NCBI GenBank assembly: GCA_041661305.1
Contig: JBAZUR010000001.1
Span: 167,077 to 231,076, forward strand
Source of the DNA: Minisyncoccota bacterium
GTDB lineage: Bacteria; Patescibacteriota; Minisyncoccia; Phycocordibacterales; VMEP01
DNA: 64,000 bases
Direction of reading: 5' to 3'
In this document: positions 46,643 to 55,326 of the stretch, piece by piece
Layout of the letters: every line of letters starts with the position of its first letter
How positions within the stretch are numbered: position 1 is the first letter of the stretch
Made by a program: the position numbers and the translations under genes
The notes under the pieces: generated by a model
Database searches by the model: none
What the model was told of the DNA's origin: nothing
Seen by the model: only the letters and a program-made list of their open reading frames with translations

Positions 46643-46978
46643 TCATATTTCAATAGTACGGAGTTTTTTCGCGATATCTTCAGTTGAAGAGAACTCTTTT
46701 GGTATTACGTTATCTACCTCTTCTGCGTACAACATTATGTCTGTTGCAATACTACTCAAATCTTCGTCGATGTTGTCTAGTAACGATATTGCTAGATAAT
46801 AAATTTTTGCCTGCTCTGTTTTTGGGATAAGCTTTAACCCGCTTTTCAAGAGTTTCATTACTTCGTCTCTGTTCTTTCCATCTGTAGAGGATATTTTTTT
46901 AAAAAAACCTTGATCCTTAAAGCCGTACTGGTTTATGTATTTTTGTGATTCGATATTTTTCCCAACATTATATTCCAT
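46643..46978 (-). CDS. Hypothetical protein.
   Basis: 111-aa ORF. No motif. Confidence 0.4.
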   Translation of the reverse strand: MEYNVGKNIESQKYINQYGFKDQGFFKKISSTDGKNRDEVMKLLKSGLKLIPKTEQAKIYYLAISLLDNIDEDLSSIATDIMLYAEEVDNVIPKEFSSTEDIAKKLRTIEI

Positions 46979-47100
46979 ATTTTAATTATATCCTGAATTG
47001 CAAAATTCTACGAGCGCGCCGTGGAACCCTCCATTAAATGTAAAAAACACTACGTAGGGCGTCGAAAAAGTCTGGGGTTTTTTATGATACGATAAGCACT

Positions 47101-47637
47101 ATGAATTATTTGGCCACATTACACGATAAAGATATTTTTCCTCAACCAATTAACAAGATCCCTGATTATTATGAAAAAAGGGTAACGGTTAAAGCTATTG
47201 CAAAAAACAAAAAAGGGCAATTTGCTTTTGTCACTAACCCGATTCATAAATTTTGTCTTTTGGCAGGAGGTGGTGTAGAAAACACTAATCTTGAAGCTGA
47301 AATTAAAAGGGAGTGTCTTGAAGAGCTCCGTTATGAAGTTGATGTTGTGGATATTGTTGGTAAAATACACGAGTTTCGTAATAGAGACGCTAAGGAATAT
47401 GAAACTACTTGTTTTTTAGTAGAAACAAAAAATGAAATAAACGAAGATCTCAGGACAGACGATGAAAAGAAAAACGATCTTTTTGTTGTATGGCTTGATG
47501 GCGAGGAGGCTAAGAAAATTTTAGAAGAACAAATTGTGAAGGTTAAGAATGGCGAGATGGTTTTTTATAATACTGCATTTAACGCAGTAAGAGATAAAAT
47601 TTTCTTTGAGGCAATTTACGGTAAGGAGGGTGTTTAG
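47101..47637 (+). CDS. NUDIX-fold protein with a degenerate Nudix box.
   Basis: KRVTVKAIAKNKKGQFAFV beta-strand context. LAGGGVENTNLEAEIKRECLEELRYE approximates REUxEE but the upstream Glu spacing is off. Confidence 0.45.
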   Translation: MNYLATLHDKDIFPQPINKIPDYYEKRVTVKAIAKNKKGQFAFVTNPIHKFCLLAGGGVENTNLEAEIKRECLEELRYEVDVVDIVGKIHEFRNRDAKEYETTCFLVETKNEINEDLRTDDEKKNDLFVVWLDGEEAKKILEEQIVKVKNGEMVFYNTAFNAVRDKIFFEAIYGKEGV

Positions 47638-47652
47638 ATAAAAAAATCAGGT

Positions 47653-47967
47653 ATGAAAAAAATAGTTGATGATTTCAATAATGATATAAAAATAGTGATT
47701 GGTTTTATTCAAGCCGATAAGATAGAAGACGCTCGCAGTTTTTTTAATAATGATATTGTTAAAAAATATGAAAAAGAAATTAGAGACAAAAAAAGCCCGA
47801 TAGTTTTTTTCGAGATATTTTTTACAGAAATAGATGATTATCTTAATAATGATGTTGCGAAAATTCTAGGAGTTATTAAGAAAGATGATATTGTGAGGAG
47901 TTTTTATGGCGATTATGTGGAAGATTTAAAATTGGCTATAAACAAAGAGCAGGGTCAAAATACGTAA
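47653..47967 (+). CDS. Hypothetical protein.
   Basis: 104 aa, AT-rich. No motif. Confidence 0.4.
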   Translation: MKKIVDDFNNDIKIVIGFIQADKIEDARSFFNNDIVKKYEKEIRDKKSPIVFFEIFFTEIDDYLNNDVAKILGVIKKDDIVRSFYGDYVEDLKLAINKEQGQNT

Positions 47968-47971
47968 ATAT

Positions 47972-48484
47972 ATGGACAAGATTTATAAAATTGAATACGT
48001 TGATGCATCTTATACTTATGAAAAAAAGATAGCACAAACAAAATTGGATTCATGTGAAGCGTATGGATATGTAGAAAAAAATGGAAGCAATATAATTATT
48101 AGTTTTATAAAAAAAATGGGGGTAGTCGGTAGTTTGGTGGCAAATAAGGAAAAAATTATCGAGGGATTAGTCATTCCAGATACAGCTTTAATCTCTAGGG
48201 TTAAATCATACAAAACAGATATTTTGAATGATATGAAAGTTGGACTATCGATTTCTGTGACATGGCGCGACGTAATTCACGTTGCTAATTTACCGATATA
48301 TGAATGTCCAACTATGTATACAGAAGGAATTTTGTTTGAAATTAAAAAAGATTACGTTATTTTAAAAGACCCAAAAACAATGCGTATACAACCAAAGCCT
48401 CTTAAAAATCACCCTAGTAGTGGATTGCCAACTTATTTAGTGATTCCGATATCTTTTATTTCTAGTATTGAGGTTTTTAAATAA
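47972..48484 (+). CDS. Hypothetical protein.
   Basis: 170 aa. Shares a short YEC-containing motif with the next ORF. Confidence 0.4.
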   Translation: MDKIYKIEYVDASYTYEKKIAQTKLDSCEAYGYVEKNGSNIIISFIKKMGVVGSLVANKEKIIEGLVIPDTALISRVKSYKTDILNDMKVGLSISVTWRDVIHVANLPIYECPTMYTEGILFEIKKDYVILKDPKTMRIQPKPLKNHPSSGLPTYLVIPISFISSIEVFK

Positions 48485-48488
48485 AAAT

Positions 48489-48725
48489 ATGAAAAAATTA
48501 CCCACCAAAAATGATGACGGAAATCCTCTCGTGAATGTTGTTGTGAGGGTCAGTGACGGTAATGTATACGAATGTGTGGGGGTTTTAATGGAGGAAAATG
48601 GGGACTCAATCGAAGTGGCTTTTAACGCTGTAAATAAAAAAGTTATGGACTCTTTGGTTTTTAAAAAAACCGACATACTTAGTATTAATATTCTAGATCC
48701 GCTAACTATAGAAGAGCTCACTTAA
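48489..48725 (+). CDS. Hypothetical small protein. Start placed at the internal ATG (MKKLPTK) after the upstream stop.
   Basis: 78 aa. No motif. Confidence 0.35.
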   Translation: MKKLPTKNDDGNPLVNVVVRVSDGNVYECVGVLMEENGDSIEVAFNAVNKKVMDSLVFKKTDILSINILDPLTIEELT

Positions 48726-48820
48726 TTTGTTCTACATTAAAGCTCGAAAAAACAAAAGCTTTAGTATTCAAAAAAAGAGGTAAAAAGTATGTCCAGATAT
48801 CTCTTGTCATCACTTATTTT

Positions 48821-49216
48821 TTGAGTCATAATAAAAAAATGTTAAACCATCAAAACGGGGTAAATATTGAGGAAATATTTGAGGAAGATTTGCGATCAGA
48901 AATAACAATACTTCTTCAGAATAATCAAAATGAACACATTGTGTTTTTAAAAAATACTCTTAAAAAGAATTTAAATATCAGTAAGCAGTTACGAGTATTA
49001 GTAGAATATGGTCTTACTCACGTAAAAGACAAGGGGGCTGACTTTGCACTTGCTAATTATTTTTTTATTCTCTCGGGTATAAAAAATATCCATAGCGACA
49101 CGCGTAGTTTTTTTACCGACATGATGATTTTTTGTGAAGAAGATGAATATACTGCACTTAAAAATATTTCCGAAATAAAAAATTATTACAATAAAAAAAT
49201 ACTCCCGCTCTTATAA
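48821..49216 (+). CDS. Hypothetical protein.
   Basis: 131 aa. No motif. Confidence 0.4.
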   Translation: MSHNKKMLNHQNGVNIEEIFEEDLRSEITILLQNNQNEHIVFLKNTLKKNLNISKQLRVLVEYGLTHVKDKGADFALANYFFILSGIKNIHSDTRSFFTDMMIFCEEDEYTALKNISEIKNYYNKKILPLL

Positions 49217-49241
49217 AAAGAATTGGAGTATTTGGGGGGAT

Positions 49242-49445
49242 TTATCGTTTCGACTTGTTTGGGAGAGCGTGCGCTCGTTCTGCGCGTCCGTCGGAACTCC
49301 TCTCCACGATAATGTGTTGATGGTCGCTTTTACTTCCACCCGTGTCGCGCAAAACCTCGTATGTTGTTCCGCCGTCGCTTCTTGATTCCGTTTTTTCACT
49401 AACAGAATCCCCATTACTATCACTGAACCAATTACCCCAGCCCAT
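49242..49445 (-). CDS. Small Gly/Ser/Asp-rich 'MGW' protein, paralog B (67 aa). Convergent with the preceding block.
   Basis: GAGGAG RBS. Homologous to 46388..46588. A G7 tract at about 49234-49240 lies just past its stop. Confidence 0.55.
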   Translation of the reverse strand: MGWGNWFSDSNGDSVSEKTESRSDGGTTYEVLRDTGGSKSDHQHIIVERSSDGRAERAHALPNKSKR

Positions 49446-49603
49446 AGCGTTCTCCTCATAAAGACGAAAGGAAACCTCTCTTCTGACTCATTTAAATTCG
49501 CCATTAATATACAGTCTCGCGCACTTTACTGTTCAGTCAACGCCACCAAGGTTACTACATCAAAAGCTTTTAAAATAGGCCGTATTTTGCTATTATTTTA
49601 GCT

Positions 49604-50581
49604 ATGTCTGACCAAAAAATAATGCTTTCCGGGGTTAAACCGACAGGGGAGCCACATATTGGTAACTATTTTGGCGCTATGCGCCAGTTTGTCGCGCTTC
49701 AAGAAAGCTACAAAGGTTTTGTTTTTGTAGCTAATTATCACGCCCTAACCAACAATCCAACAAAAGAAGAACTTCTCGCCAACTCAAAAAACGTTGTTGC
49801 TACTTATCTTGCCATAGGACTTGATCCAAAAAAGACTACACTGTTCCTTCAGTCCGACATGCCGGAGGTCGCGGAGCTGATGGTTATTTTTAATAATCTG
49901 ATAACTGTGCCGTATCTTTCCAGAGCACACGCATACAAAGATGCCACCGCAAAAGGCAACGAAGCCAACGTTGGTGTTTTTGAGTATCCAGTGCTTATGG
50001 CGGCAGATATACTACTTTACGGAGCAGACGTTGTTCCTGTTGGTCAGGACCAAAAACAACATTTAGAAATTGCTCGCGATATCGCGGAGAAATTCAATCG
50101 CATTTACGGCGAGACATTCAAACTTCCCGAAGCATATATTTTAGAAGATGTTAAAACTGTGGTTGGAACCGATGGCAGGAAGATGAGTAAAAGCTACGGC
50201 AACACCATTCCTCTTTTTGCTGAATATGATGAGATAAAAAAAGCAGTGATGTCTATTCCAACCGACTCAAAAGGTGTTGAGGACGGAAAGGACCCAGAAA
50301 CTTGTAATGTGTTTGCTCTACATAAACTTTTTGCTGGGGACGAACTTCCTGCGCTTGAGAAACGCTATCGAGAAGGCGGTATTGGTTACAAAGAATCTAA
50401 AGAGATTTTAGTTGAAAGTATTGAAAAATTTATTGCACCGCTTCGAGAAAAACGCAAAGCTATTTTGGAAAACGATTCAGTTATTTTAGAGACTCTTAAA
50501 TCTGGACGTGAGACTGCACAAAAAATAGTAAAAGATAAAATGAATGAAGTCAGAGAGAAGGTTGGTTTAATAACTACATAA
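49604..50581 (+). CDS. trpS: Tryptophanyl-tRNA synthetase.
   Basis: GVKPTGEPHIGNYFGA (HIGH). KMSKSYGN. Confidence 0.9.
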   Translation: MSDQKIMLSGVKPTGEPHIGNYFGAMRQFVALQESYKGFVFVANYHALTNNPTKEELLANSKNVVATYLAIGLDPKKTTLFLQSDMPEVAELMVIFNNLITVPYLSRAHAYKDATAKGNEANVGVFEYPVLMAADILLYGADVVPVGQDQKQHLEIARDIAEKFNRIYGETFKLPEAYILEDVKTVVGTDGRKMSKSYGNTIPLFAEYDEIKKAVMSIPTDSKGVEDGKDPETCNVFALHKLFAGDELPALEKRYREGGIGYKESKEILVESIEKFIAPLREKRKAILENDSVILETLKSGRETAQKIVKDKMNEVREKVGLITT

Positions 50582-50583
50582 TT

Positions 50584-51972
50584 ATGAAAAGAACATATAT
50601 AAAGGAATTAAGTGAGCATATTGGCGAGGAGGTCTCAATTTCTGGGTGGGTTGATGTTCGTCGTGATCAAGGGAAGCTTGTTTTTTTTGATTTTCGAGAT
50701 ATGACCGGGAAGGTTCAAGGTGTTGTTCTTCCAGCTTCATCTGCAATGGAAATAGCCAAGGGAATTCGTGATGAATTTGTCGTTACAGTAAAAGGGAAAG
50801 TCAACGAACGACCAGAAAAAAACAAACAAAATGACCGACTGAACGGTGGTATTGAGCTTGAAATTTTAGAGATAAATATTCTAAATACAGCGGAGCCCAT
50901 GCCTTTTGATATCCACACTGACACTCGTGAGATAAACGAAGAGGTGCGATTGAAGCATCGATATCTTGATTTGCGAAGCGAGCGTATGCAGAAAAATATT
51001 AGAATGCGCGACAAAATAATCGCTTTTTTCCGTGACTATATGCATAAAAATGATTTTGTTGAAATTGAAACACCAATGCTCATGAAAGGAACACCTGAGG
51101 GTAGCCGTGAATACGTTATTCCGTCTCGTTTACAGCAAGGGAAATTTTATGTTTTACCACAATCACCACAACAATTTAAGCAACTCTCAATGGTTGCCGG
51201 GTTCGAGAAATATTTTCAAATTGCTCGTTGTATGCGCGATGAAGATCAACGAGGCGATCGTCAGCCAGAATTTACTCAGCTAGACTTCGAAATGTCATTC
51301 GTCGAAAGAGAAGATATTCTTGCGTATACTGAAGAGATGTTTATAGAACTCGTGACAAAACTCTATCCTGAAAAGAAAATAACTAGAATTCCTTTTCCTC
51401 GTATAACCTACAAAGAATCTATGGAGAAGTACGGTAGCGACAAGCCTGATATGCGTGAGGATAAAAATAATCCAGATGAGCTAGCCTTTGCTTGGGTTGT
51501 TGATTTTCCAATGTTTGAGAAAACTAAAGAAGGGGAAGTACAGGCAGCACATCATCCATTTTGTGCAATCAACCCAGAGGATCGAGAAAAATTTATGTCT
51601 GGTGAAGATATTTTTTCCATCCGAGCTAATTCATATGATCTAGTATTGAATGGGTACGAACTTTCTTCCGGTTCAATTCGTATTCACGAAGAAGCAGAAC
51701 AGAAGAGAGTCTTTGAATTACTAGGTATCAGTGAAGAAGAACAAAAAGTAAAATTTGGACACATGCTGTCTGCGTTTAAGTTTGGAGCACCTCCACATGG
51801 AGGATTTGCGCCGGGAATTGATAGAATTGTTATGCTACTACAGAACGAGCCAAATATTCGAGAAGTTATTTCTTTCCCAAAAACTGGAGAGGGTAAAGAT
51901 CTTATGATGGAGGCGCCATCTGAAATTAGCGACAAACAACTAAAAGAACTCGGTATTAAAATTGTTAAATAA
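50584..51972 (+). CDS. aspS: Aspartyl-tRNA synthetase, compact form without the GAD insertion domain.
   Basis: N-terminal OB anticodon-binding domain. Class-II motif 2 (FRDEDQRGDRQPEFTQLDFEMSF). Motif 3 (GGFAPGIDRIVMLL). Confidence 0.85.
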   Translation: MKRTYIKELSEHIGEEVSISGWVDVRRDQGKLVFFDFRDMTGKVQGVVLPASSAMEIAKGIRDEFVVTVKGKVNERPEKNKQNDRLNGGIELEILEINILNTAEPMPFDIHTDTREINEEVRLKHRYLDLRSERMQKNIRMRDKIIAFFRDYMHKNDFVEIETPMLMKGTPEGSREYVIPSRLQQGKFYVLPQSPQQFKQLSMVAGFEKYFQIARCMRDEDQRGDRQPEFTQLDFEMSFVEREDILAYTEEMFIELVTKLYPEKKITRIPFPRITYKESMEKYGSDKPDMREDKNNPDELAFAWVVDFPMFEKTKEGEVQAAHHPFCAINPEDREKFMSGEDIFSIRANSYDLVLNGYELSSGSIRIHEEAEQKRVFELLGISEEEQKVKFGHMLSAFKFGAPPHGGFAPGIDRIVMLLQNEPNIREVISFPKTGEGKDLMMEAPSEISDKQLKELGIKIVK

Positions 51973-51980
51973 AACAGACG

Positions 51981-52721
51981 ATGACAGAAACTTATCGTGT
52001 TAAAACTAGTACATTTGAGGGGCCGATGGAGCTCCTCCTTTCTCTAATAGAAAAAAGAAAGCTATTTATAAATGAGGTATCGCTCGCAAGCGTTACTGAT
52101 GAATACCTGACTTTTCTAAAAGGAGCCACATCTATATCTATTGGAAGTATCGCAAATTTTATTGTTATCGCTTCAACTCTTTTGTTGGTTAAATCTCGGT
52201 CATTGCTTCCTGATTTCACACTTACCAGCGAAGAGGAGGAGTCAATTGGGGACCTTGAGAACCGACTAAGGCTATATAAAATAGTTCGTGATATTATCCC
52301 AAATCTCCGCACTTTGTTTTCGGGCAATATGATTTTTACTCGTCCGTTTTCGAGAGGCAAGGAAGTTGTTTTTCTTCCAGATCAAGCAATGACACAAGAA
52401 AATTTGCGTGGAGCAATTTTTGGAATAATTGAAAGATTGCCTAAAAAAACTTTAGTTCCAGAGGTTGCAGTTAAGAAAGTCATTACAATCGAAGAAATGA
52501 TAAATAGTTTAACAGAGAGAATTACAGCTGGTATGTCGATGAGTTTTAGAAAAATTTCAAACGGGGAGGGGAGTAAAGAAGCTAGGGTCCATATGATTGT
52601 GAGTTTTCTGGCATTACTCGAGCTTGTTAAGCAGGGAATTTTTGAGGTTAAGCAATCATCGCATTTCGATGATATTATTATTGAGAAAAATGCTGGCACG
52701 GAAGTGGAGGCAATTATATAA
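51981..52721 (+). CDS. scpA: Segregation and condensation protein A.
   Basis: FEGPMELLLSLIEKRKLFINEVSLASVTDEYL. Confidence 0.8.
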   Translation: MTETYRVKTSTFEGPMELLLSLIEKRKLFINEVSLASVTDEYLTFLKGATSISIGSIANFIVIASTLLLVKSRSLLPDFTLTSEEEESIGDLENRLRLYKIVRDIIPNLRTLFSGNMIFTRPFSRGKEVVFLPDQAMTQENLRGAIFGIIERLPKKTLVPEVAVKKVITIEEMINSLTERITAGMSMSFRKISNGEGSKEARVHMIVSFLALLELVKQGIFEVKQSSHFDDIIIEKNAGTEVEAII

Positions 52722-52722
52722 A

Positions 52723-53316
52723 ATGACATTAGATGCAAAAATAGAAGCTTTACTTTTTTTTAAAACTGATCCAGTTTCATATAAAGAGTTGTCAAAAATA
52801 CTGGTAGTTTCAGAAGAAGAAATTTTGAGAGGATTGGAACTGCTTGAGGAAAAATTAAGCGAGCGCGGAATTTGTCTTCTAAAAAAAGACGAATCAGTTA
52901 TGCTCGGAACATCAAGTGAGATGAGTGCTACAATTGAGACGCTTATCAAGGAGGAATTGGACCGTGACTTGGGAAAAGCTGGGCTTGAAACTATGGCTAT
53001 AGTTTTATATCGCGGACCAATACTAAAGAGTGAAATTGACTATATTCGTGGTGTAAATTCAGGGTTTATCCTCCGAAACTTACTAGTTCGTGGATTAGTT
53101 GAAAAAGAACAAAATCCTTCTGGACGTGGTTTCGTTTATCGGCCTACGTTTGAGCTAATGCAACATCTTGGTGTAGCAGAGATAGAAAAACTCCCAGATT
53201 TTGAGGAGATTAACAAGTCCTTAACCGCAGGTATCAAACAAGGTAAAAATGAACCCGACGAGCCAGCAGAGGATGCTCCACAGGAGTTAAACACACAAAC
53301 CGATGAACAGATCTAA
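52723..53316 (+). CDS. scpB: Segregation and condensation protein B.
   Basis: KIEALLFFKTDPVSYKELSKIL, ETLAIVLYRGPILKSEIDYIRGV. Start placed at the internal ATG after the scpA stop. Confidence 0.8.
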   Translation: MTLDAKIEALLFFKTDPVSYKELSKILVVSEEEILRGLELLEEKLSERGICLLKKDESVMLGTSSEMSATIETLIKEELDRDLGKAGLETMAIVLYRGPILKSEIDYIRGVNSGFILRNLLVRGLVEKEQNPSGRGFVYRPTFELMQHLGVAEIEKLPDFEEINKSLTAGIKQGKNEPDEPAEDAPQELNTQTDEQI

Positions 53317-54223
53317 AGATGTCACACTTATTTTAATACTTGGAGTTACCCTTTCGATAGGTGTTTTTTCATCGTTTGGTTTGCCGATTTCTCCAACTAA
53401 GAACCAAGCGGCGGTGATAACAATAAACGAGAAAAGTGGAATCTCTTATTTCGATAATCTTTTTTTGGAAGCAAAAGCAGTGTATGTATGGGATATAAAG
53501 AACGACGAAGTTCTATATGAAAAAAATTCAACGCTACAGCTTCCACTCGCGTCGCTAAACAAAATAATGACTGCTATTGTAGCGCTGGAAGGGAAGACGG
53601 AAACAATTGTAATAAACTCCGCAGACATTCGCGCCACCGGAGACTCTGGGTTTAAACAAGGGGAACTTTTTGAGAAGAAGGAAATCGTTAAACTAATGTT
53701 AACTTCGTCTTCAAATGATGCAGCTTCGGCTATCGCCTCAAGCTACAGTGATGTTTCTGTCGGTGTTGATCCAAAGCAAAAATTTATAGAGGCAATGAAT
53801 AATAAAGCGGAGGAATTAGGCCTTGAACAAACATACTATCTAAATGAGTCTGGCCTTGATTTAACTGAAACAATTAGTGGTGGTCATGGTTCTGCTAAAG
53901 ATATCGCCAAGCTTTTGTATTATGGCGTAGTACACCATTCTGACGTTTTTGCGGTTACCACTGAGACCTCCGAAAAAATTTCATCAAAAGAAAGAAGTCA
54001 CTTAGTTAAAAACACGAACACACTGGTGGAAACTTTCCCCGGTATTTTAGCCTCAAAAACAGGTTTTACAGATATGGCACAAGGTAATCTCGCCGTTGTT
54101 TTTAATTTAGGATTAAATCGTCCGATTGCTGTTGTTGTTTTGGGTTCTACGTACGATGGACGTTTCGAGGATACAAGAAAACTAGTTTCCACAACCATCA
54201 AACTGTTAGGGGAGAGGGAATAG
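53303..54223 (+). CDS. D-alanyl-D-alanine carboxypeptidase (peptidase S11, low-MW PBP).
   Basis: Signal/TM segment. SxxK (ASLNKIM). SGN-like (SSSND). KTG (KTGFT). Confidence 0.75.
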   Translation: MNRSKDVTLILILGVTLSIGVFSSFGLPISPTKNQAAVITINEKSGISYFDNLFLEAKAVYVWDIKNDEVLYEKNSTLQLPLASLNKIMTAIVALEGKTETIVINSADIRATGDSGFKQGELFEKKEIVKLMLTSSSNDAASAIASSYSDVSVGVDPKQKFIEAMNNKAEELGLEQTYYLNESGLDLTETISGGHGSAKDIAKLLYYGVVHHSDVFAVTTETSEKISSKERSHLVKNTNTLVETFPGILASKTGFTDMAQGNLAVVFNLGLNRPIAVVVLGSTYDGRFEDTRKLVSTTIKLLGERE

Positions 54224-54270
54224 CTTTTTGCTCCTAGGGGTAAATTCTGTATAATGACTTAGATAACTCT

Positions 54271-55326
54271 ATGGTCTTAGATGTATTAAAAGTTTTTCTC
54301 CCAGCATTCTCGGCCTTTCTAATAGGTATTAGTATTACGCCGATCATTACTCATTATCTCTATAAGTATGAGTTTTGGAAGAAGAAAGCTCGTACTGAAG
54401 GACTGGGTGGTGGCGGAACGCCAATCTTCAATAAACTTCATAAAGAAAAAGAAGTTGGAACACCGCGAATGGGGGGTATTGTTGTTTGGGCGAGTGCGCT
54501 TATTACAACGATTGGTTTTGCGCTGTTACATTTCTTCTCCCCAGACGTTGCAACTGAAAAGTTGAATTTTTTAAGTCGCAACCAAACATGGCTACCACTC
54601 TTCACCTTAATTGTTGGTTCTTTGGTTGGAATTATTGACGACTTTCTCGTGGTTAAAGGTCGTGGAGGGTATATCGCCGGGGGACTACCGCTGACAATAA
54701 GAATAGTGGTTGTCTTAGCTCTTGGTTTTATTGGTGGTTGGTGGTTTTTTGACAAACTAGAGGTGACGAGCGTTTTCATACCATTTATTGGCAGTTTTGA
54801 TCTTGGGTATCTTTTTATACTCTTCTTTATGCTCGTCATGCTAGCAATTTTTTCGGGTGGAGTTATTGACGGAATTGACGGTCTTTCTGGTGGAATTATG
54901 GCCGCAATTTTTTCTGCTTACTCAATTATTGCCTTCTTCCAGGGGCAAATCGACCTAGCTGCCTTCTGCGCAACAATTGTTGGTGGTCTATTAGCCTTTT
55001 TGTGGTTTAACATACCTCCAGCAAGATTTTACATGTCAGAAACTGGGATGCTTGGACTTACAACCTCGCTCACAGTTGTTGCTTTTCTGACAGACGGAGT
55101 TGCGGTTCTCCCAATCATCGCCTTCCCACTTTTCGTAGCATCTCTATCGGTTATTATTCAGGTCCTTTCAAAAAAACTGCGTAATGGTAAAAAAGTTTTT
55201 CTTGTTGCACCACTTCATCACCACTTTGAGGCTCTCGGCTGGCCAGCATACAAAGTTACTATGCGCTTTTGGATCATATCGGTTGTTTTCGCATTAATTG
55301 GGGTAGTCATCACCCTTCTTGGATGA
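54271..55326 (+). CDS. mraY: Phospho-N-acetylmuramoyl-pentapeptide transferase.
   Basis: KEVGTPRMGGIV. Multiple TM helices. DDFLVVKG, DGIDGLSGG. Confidence 0.9.
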   Translation: MVLDVLKVFLPAFSAFLIGISITPIITHYLYKYEFWKKKARTEGLGGGGTPIFNKLHKEKEVGTPRMGGIVVWASALITTIGFALLHFFSPDVATEKLNFLSRNQTWLPLFTLIVGSLVGIIDDFLVVKGRGGYIAGGLPLTIRIVVVLALGFIGGWWFFDKLEVTSVFIPFIGSFDLGYLFILFFMLVMLAIFSGGVIDGIDGLSGGIMAAIFSAYSIIAFFQGQIDLAAFCATIVGGLLAFLWFNIPPARFYMSETGMLGLTTSLTVVAFLTDGVAVLPIIAFPLFVASLSVIIQVLSKKLRNGKKVFLVAPLHHHFEALGWPAYKVTMRFWIISVVFALIGVVITLLG

